Below, piece after piece: positions 11,584-25,968 of a DNA stretch of 64,000 nucleotides. How positions within the stretch are numbered: the first letter of the stretch is position 1; each line of letters opens with the position of its first letter. Origin of the DNA: Phoronis australis (lineage: Eukaryota > Animalia > Phoronida). The DNA lies in the NCBI GenBank assembly GCA_002633005.1, contig NMRA01000004.1, positions 1,839,935 through 1,903,934 on the forward strand. Reading direction: 5' to 3'. Made by a program: the position numbers and the translations under genes. The notes below the pieces were generated by a model that saw only the letters and a program-made list of their open reading frames with translations, was not told where the DNA came from and did no database searches.

Positions 11584-13573
11584 CTGGTTTCAGTCACTTT
11601 ATTGTCAACCGACTTTGCCACAAAATTAGATATAATTAAATTAATTACGCACTTCCAATTCAGTTGACATTACGAGTGAATGTTCAAATAGGTAACAAGG
11701 TAATGTTTTGTATTGGTTACATTGACCAAAAGCAAGTTTTCACTGAATAATCTAATCGGGAACCTTCAGATTTTAACTACAGGTTGTAATCGAAACGTTT
11801 CCGGGTTTTTCTTAGCTTCTGCAAATCGACTTGATTTGAACTTAGGGAAACGAGTTCTCTAAAACGGCTGCGTGAGTTTTCCTGAAACTTTCCATTTTTA
11901 ATATTTATTCACCACTCTCAATAACATCGTTAGGATTTCCTTTTAATAATATTCAATGCACATTTGGAAGTGGTGATGATATCTTCACAATCATCGATCA
12001 CCCCAGCATCGGCTGGCAGGCCAAACCGAGGTCATAGGCAGCAAAACCAACTCTATGAGAGCTTGCAAATTTCTGTGTTCAAACATTGCCGCAATATTCA
12101 CTTATAGATGACAGATATTAAATTATTATCTGTTTGGATCTGGTCTGACTGAGTGTTCGACAACTATATTCATAAAAGTGTACTTCTATATGAAAAAGAC
12201 ATTCTGTTTGAAACTGCCCCACGAGCACGCTCCCTTTGATGTTCATAAATTAAGTAGTTTTTAATATATAATTTACCGTTAAACATTAAACGGTCAGTTT
12301 CTATGTCTTGCACCATTGGTGAGTGCAAAATACCAGACGTTTTGAAAAAAGTTAAAAGGCTCTCCAATTTTTCAGTAGGGTGAACGAGATGACTGCCTTA
12401 ACTATAGACCTACTTAGTTATGACTGATAGTCATGATTTTTTTGAGGGGATCGTTCACTCTCAGGTTTATGAATGTGTTGCCAAAACATTACTTTTTGTC
12501 GTCAGTCTGTTTTTAGAAATGGGAATTCCAAAGCCACAGGTCTGATTGCCGTTTCATGACTTGCTTGCTGTCCACCTTGTACAGGGGTCACTTTGTGGCA
12601 AGTTACATGTACATGTATAAGACCAGTCTTTGCCATCTGCATTATAAAATGAGGCCATTTTATTTATTAAAGGGTCTCGGATTTTTACTCTGATTGTGAA
12701 TATCGCGTTGAATGTTCAGCTTTCAGAGTGAAATGTCTTTTGCGGTTTTGGTAGCACTTCATTTATGAAGAGCTTCCGCTCAGCTGCGCCCGCTATGGTG
12801 TGTGATAATTGAATTGACAGAAACCGCTCAAATTGAGGTTTGGAATTAAATTGACACAATCATGATCAGTTTTAGGACCTAATCATCCATTTTGGAACCT
12901 TTGCTGACTGGAATAGACGTATTAAAAGTAATAGGATTGACAAGATTTACAAAAGAAAAGTCGTGACTGGCCAATTCCCGACGTTGGCATCTAATCAAAC
13001 AAGACGCATACCTTGAAGAGGCACGGAATGCGAAAACTCGTAAATATACCTTTTAAACTGATCGTGGCGCATCGGTGTCTTGGGGATGCTAATGTGAGAG
13101 TAATTCATTTCAAATATTGCAGGAATTTTTAGAAAAAATCGTCGGATTTACTATTTTCGAAACACAGACAAAGTATAAACACTAATATCCCAAAACATAT
13201 TCAAATCATGTGCCTTCAATAATATGCGTGGGCGCATGCGCTTAAAGAAATAGGACTGTCTGCTGCATGAAATCGTCAGTTTTGTTGACATCAAAGATCA
13301 AAATATTTCCATATGAGGGAAATGCGCTACGTCTATTTCTTGCCATGCCAAACAGGAAGACGTGCTTTGCATTGTGGGAGAAAAATCTACAAAATGTCGA
13401 GCAGCTAACAGGCCGTCTTTTTAAATTCGAAACTAAAGGAAAAATGCTTTGACATCAACAGAATTTCAAAATCTTTTCGAACAAACCGGAATTATATCTA
13501 TTAAAGTTTTACTTCAGTTGCAGTTGTAGAGAATCACTTTGAATAACGCAATGAAATCTGTTTTTCGTTCCAG

Positions 13574-14147
13574 TGCCCGGTTGCATGAAACAGTCCCTAA
13601 ATGTTAGGGATGTCCTTAAGTCTAAGGGACGTCCCTAAATTTTAGGGACCGTTGCATGAAAAGTTCCCAGTTAGTTTAGGCATTAAATAGGGACTCAACT
13701 TTTGGGGGTTTTGAGACGTGGGGTAAGTCGTGGCATTATAGTAATCGATAAATTCAGTTTACGACGGAACTACTACTTCAGTGGGTGAGATCACGCCTTT
13801 CCTGTTCGACAACTGCAGCTTCTCTTCAAGATTTCTAACAATCACGAATATCCCAATGCTTGCAAATCTAAATCTTTCAATTAGCTCACCGTCGCTATAC
13901 GTCTCGAGTGGATTAGTTCTGTCATGGAAAATTATTTTTTCAACAACAATATGAGCTTGATCAGCCATTTTATTGCTAGGAACTCAGCTTAGAGACTTTC
14001 TTTAGGTAACCCCAAAAGTTGAGTCCTATTTAATGCCTAAACTAACTGGAAACTTTTCATGCAACAATCTCTAAAATTTAGGGACTTCCCTAAGACCTGT
14101 CGTAAGGACATCCCTAACATTTTGGGACTGTTTCATGCAACCGGGCA
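13574..14147 (-). mobile_element. non-autonomous PIF/Harbinger element retaining transposase N-terminus
   Basis: ~135-bp TIRs (TGCCCGGTTGCATGAAACAGTCCC... / ...GGGACTGTTTCATGCAACCGGGCA); CAG/CAT flanks; internal ORF 13759-13968(-) DRTNPLETYSDGELIERFRF...ISP is typical of Harbinger/HARBI1 transposase N-termini. Confidence 0.85.
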
Positions 14148-17100
14148 CATATTTCCACGCCGGTTTAAGATTCATACATCTTTCAACTAAACAACGTTTA
14201 TGTCTTTTTTAATTGAAATCTATTTAACTGAATTTGCCTTGACTGTTTTAATAAATGTCAATTCATGTATTTTGATAACTCTGGTTTGTTTTGTAAAGGT
14301 TATTCTTGACCAGGCTTCAAAACTGTAGAACAAAAATAAATAATGATGCGTATAACACTAAACAAAAATCATAGTAATGATATTAACGGTTGCTGTACAG
14401 GCCCATTCAACATAACTCCAAATGTTTTCAAAATTAACTAAAATTAACATGATTTTTTAGTTCAATTTTCATTTTTGTTGGTGCATCACCATCCAAAGTG
14501 ACGCCCGCAGTGAGTGGCAAGTAATCAGGGTCAGGTGAGGACACGGCACTGCACAAGCAATCGTGTACACTAAGTGATGAGCGTTTCGTAAGGGTTTAGT
14601 TACTTGTCCAAATTTGGCTAACTTCAGAACAAAAATGCATCTCAGTATTGGCTGCTAAGATTCTTATGAATCTTCAGATACAACGTGTTTTATGCAATGT
14701 CCATCAAAACAGTGCGAGGAATTGTTTTTCACGTGTTCCAACTTTTCATCAGAGGTTATCAAAATAGGAGTTTCATGACAATCATGAACACGTTCAGAAG
14801 CTGTATGAAACGAAAACAAAATGATAATTTAGAAAAGTGTATAGTGTAACGACATTTTTGAGATTTTGCCTTGAACATTTATTCCAAATGAAATTAGGTC
14901 ATGTTATAGACAACGATATGTTGCTAACAGTATACCCTTGTTTCTGACTAAATTTGACTAAAAAGACAAGGTCGTGTGGGCCAATTAATGTAAGATTGAT
15001 AAGAAGTCAAAACTCAAAATCCTACAGTCTTTGTTTATTTCCAGAAAATACATTCTGTTACTGAGTTCAGTCACATACATTTCAACTATTTATATACTTA
15101 TTGTGTACAGGAGGCTAAAATAAATGTTTTTTGAGTTCCGGTGTTGAAGACGCGCTTATAGAAAAACTCAAGCCGTCAATCTGACCTAAAAGTCAAGGCA
15201 AATAATGGCAACCGCGAATTTTACCACTTATTCTAATGATAGGGTTAATGGCCTTTTCACTCGTTCACCACATGAGGGTTACCTCTTCGTAAGATCAAAT
15301 CAGTGATGGTGAGGTTTACCATCGTTTTCCTGACCTAAAAAATAGTCAATATTTAATAAGTTGAAGTTATTATTCTCCTTTTCTGGTCAGATAGTTACCA
15401 TCATTTTAGTTCAATGATGTACCTTTCAGAAAAAGAACTCATTAAGCGCAAACATTTCTTGTACTTTCTTGGATCCAATGGACATAGAAAGGATATTTAC
15501 ATATTTTACCACCTTTGTAATGTCGGTGCGAAATGATGTTTTAAGGTTAAAACCTCTTCAATACTTTCCTTCATAGCGCAGATCAGCCGGTGGGCATGAG
15601 ATGTTTTGATTTGTAAAAAAATTAGAGAGGTTGTGAACTCGCGTCTACTGTCCTAAATTAACTTTGGATTTAAACCACCTTGTTCCGTACTCAGGCTTGC
15701 ACGACGTCATTTTGACGTTTTGGCCCAGTCAAATAAAATTAAAATTCTAAAATGGCAACATTGAAACAGAAATAATAATAATTCGAATACAATTTACGTA
15801 TCACTCTGAAATTCCGAGGACTTCAAAAATTTATCACCTGGCTATGGTTCCGTTGATTGCGCATTATTTTTTACTGGTTTAGCTAAACTGGTTTAGGTTG
15901 AAATTCATTTTATAAGACAATGAAAGTAGAAGGATTGTCTTTCAGATATACAAAAGTAGTTATTGGTTTTTACAATATAAGAGTTTTGCGCAAAAGCTTT
16001 CATTTTTGGAGCAGGAAATTAAGATCATTTTTAGGCAACCAAAGCCGACGATTAGAGAGTTTATGTTTTCCAAGCCAATAGAAACTTAAGTGTCACTTTT
16101 CGTGCAGTGACGCTACATGTGTAAGTGAAGAAGGTCACATATATGCTGATTTAGGAATTTGTCGCGTGGTTTTGAAACAGGAAGATGTAGGAAATGTCAT
16201 CAACTTGCAATTTTGTGCCTTAGTCACGCTGCGAGTTTAGTGGACATCCTGGACAGTTACTGTACCTGCCTATCACCAGTTAACTGCAGAGGGGTAAAAA
16301 AATACGAGCGATTCGGGAAAACGCCTAAAACAATGCTTTGAAAAAAAATAAACAAATTTATTGATCAACCATCTTTTTACGTTAGTCAAATACAATGAAG
16401 AAAACTCTAAATCATAAAAGTCGATTTTAAGAAACCGGACTGATCTTTAGACTAAAACATATGTCACGAACGCTTGGATCGGCGTGCCTCCTCCCCCGTG
16501 TAGTCGTGGGGCTCCCTATGGTGAAAACGGCCATGTAAATAGTAGCAGTAGCAGAGCGAACCGTACCAACATCATTAACTTCTGTTTTTGAAATGCCTAG
16601 AGCTTAAGTTGCTGAAAAACAAAACCAAATACAAACACTTTTTATATCTGTATTTAGCATGTTTACTCAACTGTTTCAAACATATCTCAACAATTTATAC
16701 TTGCAAAAATGAAACAGAACACCAATCAAAAATTACAAAGTCAATGTTGTTTTATCAAAGATCATAAATGGTGATTGTCATTTAAATTACTATTAAAGTT
16801 AATTACACAAAAATGTATGAAAATATCGCTGATTGATAGTAGAGGGAACTATTCAAAAAACAAAACAGATCTTGATACCTAATATCACTAAGTTAATACA
16901 TACACGTTCAGTGTGCCGAGATACGCCCTGAGCAAAAGCTACAGTTGCCGTGGTGCCCGCTAAACAGGGTAAGGGTGCCTCCTTGCAGCCGCAATATCCC
17001 ACACAATTGTATCTCGATTTATAGAGTACTTATGAAGTTATTTTTACTTTAAGAGTTGTGTCGATCAAAAAGTCTTCACTAATTAAAATATGTGCTCAAA

Positions 17101-17546
17101 GGCAGTGACAATTTTGCTTAGATCATAAAAGTGCGTATAAGATCTCTTTCCGACAGACACGCTTCGAGGGAAATTTTTGTTCTTCCGTGAGACGCTATTG
17201 ATGTTAGCTCGAGTAGGCGATCAAACGTTTTATAATAAGGCTCCCAATAAGTTTTTGTGTTTGACTGGTTTGTATGGTTTGAAATAAATGTCCGTGGTTT
17301 CATTGCAAGTTGAAAAAGAGTATGAAAACTAAGTTGGTTTCGACATAACCTTTCTTTTGAAGTGGAATGTTTTCGGCCATTAATGATACTGGACTAAGTT
17401 GACAGAAGTTACAAACACTCTGAATTGTGCTTGTCAGAAAGTGACACTGGTTAAGATAGAAACATTCCTCATTGTCCTGTGCTCTGTTATAAAGCTATTA
17501 ATTTGTCATTGATCACAAAGACTCGGGCTGTGTTCCTTACATTGCA

Positions 17547-17820
17547 GGAAAGCCAAAGCAAAAAAAATCCAGGACATAAATTCTCTGTTCAAGAATAAAA
17601 TCCTCTGCAGGACCAAAAGTATACTCAAAATCAAAATTTGTAGCGCCAGAATCTATAATTTATGAAGTCAGGACCAAAATTTAAACTAAATGTTAAATTT
17701 TGGTACTGACGAGATAAATTATAGGTTCTGGCTCGATAAATTTTGGTTTTGAGCATGTCTTTTTGAAATTTAATTCTTGAATAGAAAATGTGTCTTGGAA
17801 TTTTTCCACTTTGGCTTTCC
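17547..17820. mobile_element. short MITE of the GGAAAGCCAAAG family (relative of 8784-9496)
   Basis: GGAAAGCCAAAGCAAAAA ... TTTTTCCACTTTGGCTTTCC inverted termini; shares TGCAGGACCAA and ACTCAAAA submotifs with 8784-9496. Confidence 0.7.
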
Positions 17821-20800
17821 ATTCGCCTTGAACTTTATTAATTGCGGTCCATAATGCAATATCTCAACCTCACCTGAATGAGGTGGCACCTGTACAAGTA
17901 CATGTACAGCTAGGGTTCAGCCGCTGGTACTGTAAATTGCAGCCGCGGCCAATTTGTATTAATTCTTGGGGTAGCATGGGGTCATTATTGGGGTAGGCGT
18001 GGCATGTACGCTCAGTGATTCTGGTTTGTTTGTATTGCTGAAAATGTTGGAAATGCCAAAAGCCCAGGTGTTTGGCGGTAGATGTTCTTTTGGCAACTGG
18101 CGGCCCCCTGTTGCATATTTATGCTAATTGTCGATCGACTGAGGAATCGGATGTGATTGAGGAAGCTCTCAAACAAGCAACAAAAATCTATTTCGTTGGC
18201 CGCACTTTAGGGCCACATTCTTGGAATCTGTATGAAGTTTGCTTTCAGTTAATATTGGCTGATGACGCGCATCGCCAGGTGGTTTGGGGCTGAAAATTGA
18301 CAGTTTTTTGAGCTTTTGCCTCCTTTTTGTTCTTATTTTGCTTCTCAGTAGGAGTGAAAGGTATAAAAATACAAGATAGGATAAAGTTCTTGTGCTTTTG
18401 TGGTGAAACGACTCATTCTTTGCATAGAGTTCAAGGTGACAAATCCATTGATATAAGAGAATTATTCCGTGCCCTCACTTCAGTGGCATCCATTCTGCTA
18501 CGATAGGCTAATAAGGTCCCGAGCCGCTAGGATAGACTCTCGCCTGGGATACAATACTAAACTCCCGCGGCTCCCGCCACCCTGAACATTACCGACATCC
18601 GACTACGAATGAAATGACCAGCGACTCATTACTCTACCACTACCGCCACCTTTAGGGTAAATGCCGAGGTACATCCACATGTGGTAAATAATAGGATATC
18701 GGAAACTGACTCAGCTGCAGACCACTGGTCAGACTCAATTTATCAAAATCAAATGGCCAGATGGGCACTGAGACTAATTTTATAAGTGCTTTAAATCCAG
18801 AGTTATTTTTCTGATGGAAGACGGATGGATTATCGTTGCGGTCATTTGCAATACCCCTAAAGAAGCAAACAGATCACGGATGCGTGCTTTAACTATGGAA
18901 TTAATCGTTTCGCAATGGGCCTACGGTTCCTACGATAATTTCGGAAACAGTGTACCCAGTCGGTCGTAGATTTAAAGGGCAATCAGTCGGTCAGTTTTCC
19001 ACCCAATCCCCCCGGCTTGAATTCGTTGCACAATAATAATAGTGAGTGAACTATTCATCTCCATTTAACCTGTAATTGTAATGATAATGGAGCTGCAGAT
19101 GTTAACTCCGACCAGTGTAGATGATTAGGTCGCATCGCCATCATTTGACCGAAATCACCCAACGTAACCCTTTTAACGATGAGAACAGTCGTGCATCGTC
19201 GTGTCGTGTCGTGTCGTCCGAGCACAAGGTATATGTTGTGTCTCAATCTCACTTGAAGGCTATTTACCATATCGTAACAAAACTTGGTGAATAAGTCACT
19301 TTAGTCCACACTTTATTGCCCCAAGTATATTGCCTCTCTGTTATTCGGAATCTAAAGCATGGTGTATGACCCATTGTCCAGCTCAGCAGAAGAGAACTGA
19401 CTTTCAATATGTTCCTTTCTCACGTCAGGAGGTCATTCATACTCGTTTGATATAGGGGTGAAGCTATTGACAATAATAAAGGGGGTAATTTCTAGTGAAA
19501 AACCTCATCAAGAAGCATGTGATTTTATTCAATTTTTATGCAAAATTCCAGAATCAGAAAAGTTACATATTTCGTGAAAGTAGAAAGATTGTGGAATTTA
19601 ATTTCAGTTATACTTAACACAAATCTGTCTTCACACGACCATGTATTCTTTTACCAAAATTTCAGCAAAGAAACAATGTTTCAGGAAAAATAAAGCATAA
19701 TCAGCATGCCCAAATTTCATTTCACATAAATATTCATGAACAAATCTCAAAATCAGATTTCCAAAATGTCCTTTTTAATTTTATGCAACTTTTAAGATGA
19801 AAATTGATGTTTTCGTAAAAATCGTTAAAATCTCATTTCTTGACGGTTTCTTACTCAAAAAACAAGCCCGTTTAAAATCATTCTTTCTGGAGAACATTAT
19901 CGATAGCATGATGCCTGTGTCCAATTAGCTGTTTTTGTGGGCACGAGAATGCGGAGTTGAACCGCCGGCAGAAACCGCTGGGGTGTGACTATTGGTTTAA
20001 TTGTACCACGTGATCTCTTTGCCTCGTCGCAACACTGGGCCATCGTCCACAATTCTCTCCAAATTTCAGTTTGCACTCAATTTCTCTTTCCCTCCCTCCC
20101 TCAAACCAATTTTCCTTACTTCTCTGTTTATTCTTACCTTCCCCATGTCGCTGTCCCGGTGTTGCTGTTATGCTTCCGCATATTATTACTTAACTTTCTA
20201 TTCACCACTTGTGTATACCTTCATTGCTGCTAGGCAGATTGTCACCCACCTTTACAGTTCAACATATTATGTAACTTTTGTAATTACCGATATCTGCAGT
20301 AGTTTAGTTTGTCATAATATATATGACCTTTATCTCATCTACACGTGTTGTTTCACTGTAAACTGGCTTCGGTATCGCTTCGCAGTTAGCGCATATAAAT
20401 GATGTTCGTAAAATTTCGAAATTTTCATCACACAAAACCATAAAGCTAGGCATCAATTTTAACTTGGAGGTAAAGGTTTATATCGAAATGAAGTACAGCA
20501 TGAAAAGCTAAACCATTAATGGGCGGGCAATTTTGAATTTAAAATTTGACGCTTGAAAATCTAAATGTTGTGACAGTGTCAGTCTTTTTCGCTCATCAGG
20601 GCTTGGATTTTACCTCTTCCACTTTTTTGGTTTCGATTTCCCGTTATTTGATTTCCAGTTTCCTATTTTTTGTCCCTTTTTTATTATAAGTTTGACTTTA
20701 TTCCTGCAAAAACGTATATTGAAGTTAAATTTTACAACGCAAATTATTTCTATTACTCAAGCCTGTTTATTGTGGAATGAAATCTCAGTCATTTGCCTTT

Positions 20801-23800
20801 TTTGGTCATTGGTCATTTCAAGCCGTGGCTGATGGTTTCTGTATAGAGTGTGCAGTTGCCTGAACGAGGATTTATCACGTCAAAAGTTCTGAGTTGGAAC
20901 CGATCTATTTTACTAGTTTCTTAAAAAGAAAAAAATCGTTGTATTCACCTTGCGATAAATGATACTGTGTCATGGTAATGTCTTGGCTAATTAAGATCAT
21001 GGTCGGAATTTGTGTTTCTGATTATTAATTCGATTACCGCCTCAGTCATCTTCATGAAGTATTCACCGCTTCATCGTCCCAACACCCCTCTCCCCACACA
21101 TCCAAGTGCATCATGCTCCTGGAATGAACTTTACTCTACATCCGCCACTTTTAATCTGAATTTTGAAATCAATCTTGAATGAACTGAACCTCCGACGTTC
21201 CAAAGTTTTTATACGTTTACCTTGTTTGGTTTAAAAGTGTTTATGCTGGAAGTTGGCACTTTAACGAATGGATTATATAACATCAATTGTTGTTCCATTC
21301 CTATCCCCAATACAATTTCTCCGCCATGACTTTCAAGTTGTCACACATGTAGGGAGTACTCACTTGTTTATGCCATTTTGGAATTGCTTATGCAACAGTA
21401 CGAAATCGCTTCATTTGTGTAGGAGGTGTTATAAATACTTCAATGACAGTAGATGGTTAAATCTAACCTGACAATGACGCAAGTGAATTAACGCAACCCG
21501 TCTTTTGATCGTCACCTTTCGTATGACGCTTCAATCCATAGTCCAACGTATGCAATAGGTTATTTATCTTCATGTTCGACTATATTAAGAACAGTGACGC
21601 AGGCAGGGGCCGTGAACTTTCTCTCTCCGCAACAGTAGGTTTTGTAACTTTTTCTAAAGTCAGCATTTTAGATACTCTAAAGTCTATGGTTTAACTGAAA
21701 CAAATTTAGACATTTGTTATTGTTTACAACCCGACTCCATTAACGTACATATTTGATATTACTATTTTCTGAATCCTCTCGCCATGGTGATCATGGTGAT
21801 TCCAAAATTGTATTACTCACATCACACCGATTAGGCTCTTCTTATTCATGCATTCACTCTTTTTCCGAGGTTTTCATGTGCTAGTTAGCTGATCTCGGGT
21901 GACCGCCATTATAAAACAGGAATGATAACTACAACGATCGCGTGTGTTTTAGAAGACCCCGAAATTGGCTAGTATATTGAAGATATTGCTTGGCACATTA
22001 GGGATTTTGACAAGTTTTAATACGCCTTATGTGCCTTTTCGAAAAATCTTTGATATATAAAAAATAGTTTTTTTTTTCGTGAAGAACTGCCACAAATTGA
22101 AACTTGATTCTCAAATTTTATGTTTACTTTACGTGGAAACGCGCTATGAGAGCACAGAGGCCATTCCACAGGCCATCTAGTAGTTGTATTGGGTTCACTC
22201 GACCTCCTTACGTCATAGTGTTGGTGACCATTGGGAACCAAGCTATCTTAAGAAATTTTCTACGGGAAATTGACCTCGTTGAAACGATTGATGACGAGAA
22301 ATCATGTTAACTTATTGTCACCGTTTTGCGACACCGTGTAGAAGTAATGAGTAAGAGATTACCATTAGGCCCGTCTTTCTTGTGTTGTTAGCAAAACGCA
22401 ATATGTACTGTTATTTCTGGCCACTATATCAACGGAGAACAAATGATTAGACAAAATGTAAGCCTCAATTAACATGTGCGTGATTTGAGCTCAAGTAATA
22501 TGGAATATATGAAGAATAATGAAGGCAATACTAATAATAGTTAAAATTCTCGAGAATAATAAACCCTCCATAAACAGGAATTCTGAATGTGGACTTTCTA
22601 CGAATTACACGATTACGTTCATGGACACTTACACCTGAATACTCCAGTAGCAATGTTTCGCACACAAAATGCCATTCACATTAACATGCTTACGACCCGC
22701 CTTTAGCTACGATCGGACTTAGACCGTGACAAAAATGGGTTGCGTAACATAATACAATTGAATCAGATGCGCTTGCGACAATTATACCAAACAAAAATAT
22801 CCAAACGCAAAAAGTGGAATAGAAAAGGAAAGTCTGTATAACAATATGGTCGATAATATTTTCTTTTGAAGAAACCCCTTCAACGCATACACAGCTTTTA
22901 GATTGCTTATCTATCGAATTTTTTACATCGGCAGAGGAAGAAGGTGGACCGATTTGGTTTGATCTCGTTATGAGAAATACGAACTATTGGTGATATGAAA
23001 GAAATAGAAATATACAGTCATTGTCAGGCCTCGCTTACGTCAATTGAACTAAAGTATGACGTCATGAAGTGTTGTCTGACACACAAAATTGACTGTTGTC
23101 AAATTTGTCTTCAATTTTTCCTTAGTGAAATGACAGAGGCTATTTTTGGTCTTGGAAACAACATGATATGAATTTGTCAATTACATTAAATACCCGCTTG
23201 GATCCACTCATTCTCCAGGCAGCTCATTTGAATATCTTTTGTGTTGCTTGTAACACAAGTCTAATCAGGTGAAGATAATTGAGCTCAGACTTCTTTCCTT
23301 ATCATTGAAGCAGTTGACGTAAATTTAATTTTCACATACGTAAATCCATGATTCGAACAGCGGTTGGGGATACTTTTTGGGTTCTACATATCTGGAATCC
23401 TTAATTATTGAAAATCAAGCTGTGACAGTTTGAAGCGATATCATCGTTTTTTGCCGAAAAACAGAATTATGGGATAATCCATGAATGAGATACTAGGCTT
23501 TCTGGTGACTTAACTAGTTCAATACGTAATACTCTGCCGTACGCTTACCAGGATTTAGCTCAGCGAACGCATGGATTAGGACGCGAGATTTTCAGGTTTG
23601 ATTTCACGCCGATAATGTCATTTAAAGTTTGTAGCAGTAAGTTGTCTAAATCAAAAAATGAGATTCATTGACCGAACGCGGCATTATCGCCGCCTCAATT
23701 TTGCTCATCAGTCGTAACACCTTAAAGTCATACGATCCGTTTTAAATTGTTTTAAAAACACCGTGTATCTGCATAAGAACCATTAAAACATACTCTCCGA

Positions 23801-24550
23801 TGATTAACTAGAACTTTTCGTGAGTATGGGGTCGATCTACTGACTCTACATATTTTTTTATTTTATTTTTCATTTTCTTAATATCTACGTGACCAAAACA
23901 AAGGAATGTTACCTATAATGCTGTGCGGTTTGACATTTTGGCAACTCGAGACACAGCTGACAAGGCCTGAGCGACGCAGGCATGGCGATAGCATATCCCC
24001 ATAAAAGTTGATCATTTCAATAAAATCGAATGAAACATGCATATAGGCACACGGAGTTATAATTAACACATATCATGACACTGGATACAATTTAGTCAAC
24101 ATAATTTGAACATATCCATGAAAATCTGTCGCGGTTTGCTCGAGTTTCCCTTACCTGGTGCCATTTTGAGGAAGTTGCGTGAAATCACGCATTTTGATAA
24201 ATAAAAAAGCCTAAGGGACACAAATCTTACGAATTTCTTCTGATATCTTCCCAAGCTATTTTTCAAGTGTCACGCGCCCTATAGTCACGGACTTCGCCCA
24301 CTCTCACGCTAGCCTTTGCCCGACTCCTGTGACTCAGTTGAAATACTTTGTGGTTATCGCGAGCGCTGTGACCAAAAAGTGGAGTTGGAATTCTTCGCCA
24401 AAGACACATTAGTTCTCGTAGCTATGTTTCATCGAAGATATGTGTAGCAGTAGAAAGGGCCACTGTAGAAAGTAATAAGAGTTTTTAAACTCTTATTACT
24501 TTAAAAAGTTTTAAGTTGTAATGCATTTTTGACGAGGTGAAATGTCTCAA

Positions 24551-24774
24551 AGGAGAATGCCACCAGATTTAATTAGTCGTTTTTACCGTCTTAATCGGTC
24601 TATATCCACATCGCCTCCCATACAGTCGACCTTACCTTGCCGAGAGGTGTCGCGTTAACCTGTGAGGAAGGTGTGAAACGACGCAGCGACGTCAGTGGTT
24701 CATTTGCAGAGTGAATGCCGCGCACTCGATCTAAATTGATACAAAATAGGTTGTTTTTCGGGTGGCATGCTCCT
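24551..24774 (+). mobile_element. internally deleted copy of the Kolobok-type element at 6484-7204
   Basis: First ~170 bp align to 6484-6653 and last ~50 bp to 7156-7204; TCAA/TTAA flanks. Confidence 0.85.
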
Positions 24775-24882
24775 TTAATCGGTGAGAGGATTTCGCCTAC
24801 CCCCCGTATAAAATGCACGGGACGAAATTCATACAGAAAGCTATGGGAAGTAAGGTTTTTCTATTATTTGTACAGAAAGATC

Positions 24883-25086
24883 TTAAAGATTATGGTTTTT
24901 GGAATTGAAATGATTACCTATAGCGATCAGAAATGTTTTTATGTTAAATCTATGATTACGAAACCGAGTTTGTAGATTATGTTGAGTTTGTCCTACGTAT
25001 TGGATAGAACATTTTTTACATGTTATAAGGTAAATAATATTGTTGGTGGTGCAAACAGCCATGACAATGGATTGCCAACAATACAT
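24883..25086 (-). mobile_element. Penelope-like retroelement GIY-YIG endonuclease fragment
   Basis: CTTNNIIYLITCKKCSIQYVGQTQHNLQTRFRNHRFNIK matches the Penelope GIY-YIG motif (IY-I-C--C---YVGQT---L--RF--H). Confidence 0.85.
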
Positions 25087-25619
25087 GCTCTAAGGACAGG
25101 TATTCAGCTGTTGAAGATCACTAGACAATGAGACTTTTTTCTCTTACATATGGCAATGAAGAAAATTTGATTTTTATTTTTGATTTAGGGCTTTGGTGTC
25201 TTCGTCATGAATGAGGAATTGGCAAGAGTCTACTGCAATGATGTTCTAGCCTTCGACAAAGGTACTGACTACAAGCACAGGCGTCTACCCCAACATATTT
25301 TCGCAATACAAGGGTTACGTCACAAATTGTACCGCTTCATCTACTTTGCTTGAAGTCATCAAATAAATGATGTTAGTTACTCAGGCTCAGAACTTTATGT
25401 GTCTAATGCATATCATTATTCGTTTTGCCTACTATACTTAGTACTCAGATAAATGTGATTTCTTTATGGTAATAATAAACAAAAGTATGCACAATACCAT
25501 TTTCCTAGTTTAATTCTGAAGCGGATGAGGACTTAATGTAACGCACATTCCGTCAATAATCAAATAATCTTTGATTTACACCATTTTCCAAATCAAACCT
25601 CCTTTCAGTAACTTTCTTT

Positions 25620-25968
25620 AGCCAGGCCAGACTGAGGCTGGCCTTGGCCAAGCTGCAGAAGACAGCGCCGTCGGTGACCGTCGACAAGAGGAGGGCCTTG
25701 GCCGAGCCGCCGAAGTCGGCGCCGACGGGTACCGAGGGCAGGAGGCGGGCCTCAGCCTAGCCGCCGGAAGCAGCGCTGACGGAGAATGACAACGGGAGAC
25801 GAGTTGCCGAAGGCTGTGCCGACGAGGAACTATGGCAGGAGGCAGGCCTTGGACGAGCCGCCGGAGGTAGCAACGACGGGGACCAACGACGAGAGGCGGG
25901 CCTCAATCGGCCGAACCGTCGGAGGCAGGGCCGACGGGGACCAACGAAAGGAGGCGGGCCTCAGCTGA
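25620..25968. repeat. degenerate ~54-bp tandem repeat related to the 57-bp array
   Basis: GAGG(A/C)(G/A)GGCC starts at 25688, 25742, 25839, 25893, 25951; AGGCGGGCCTCAGCCTAGCCGCCGGAAGCAGCGC nearly matches the array unit. Confidence 0.75.

Noticed and set aside
19985-20402. Hydrophobic 82-aa and 133-aa ORFs
   Set aside because: C/T-rich low-complexity DNA, non-ATG starts, no splice or homology support
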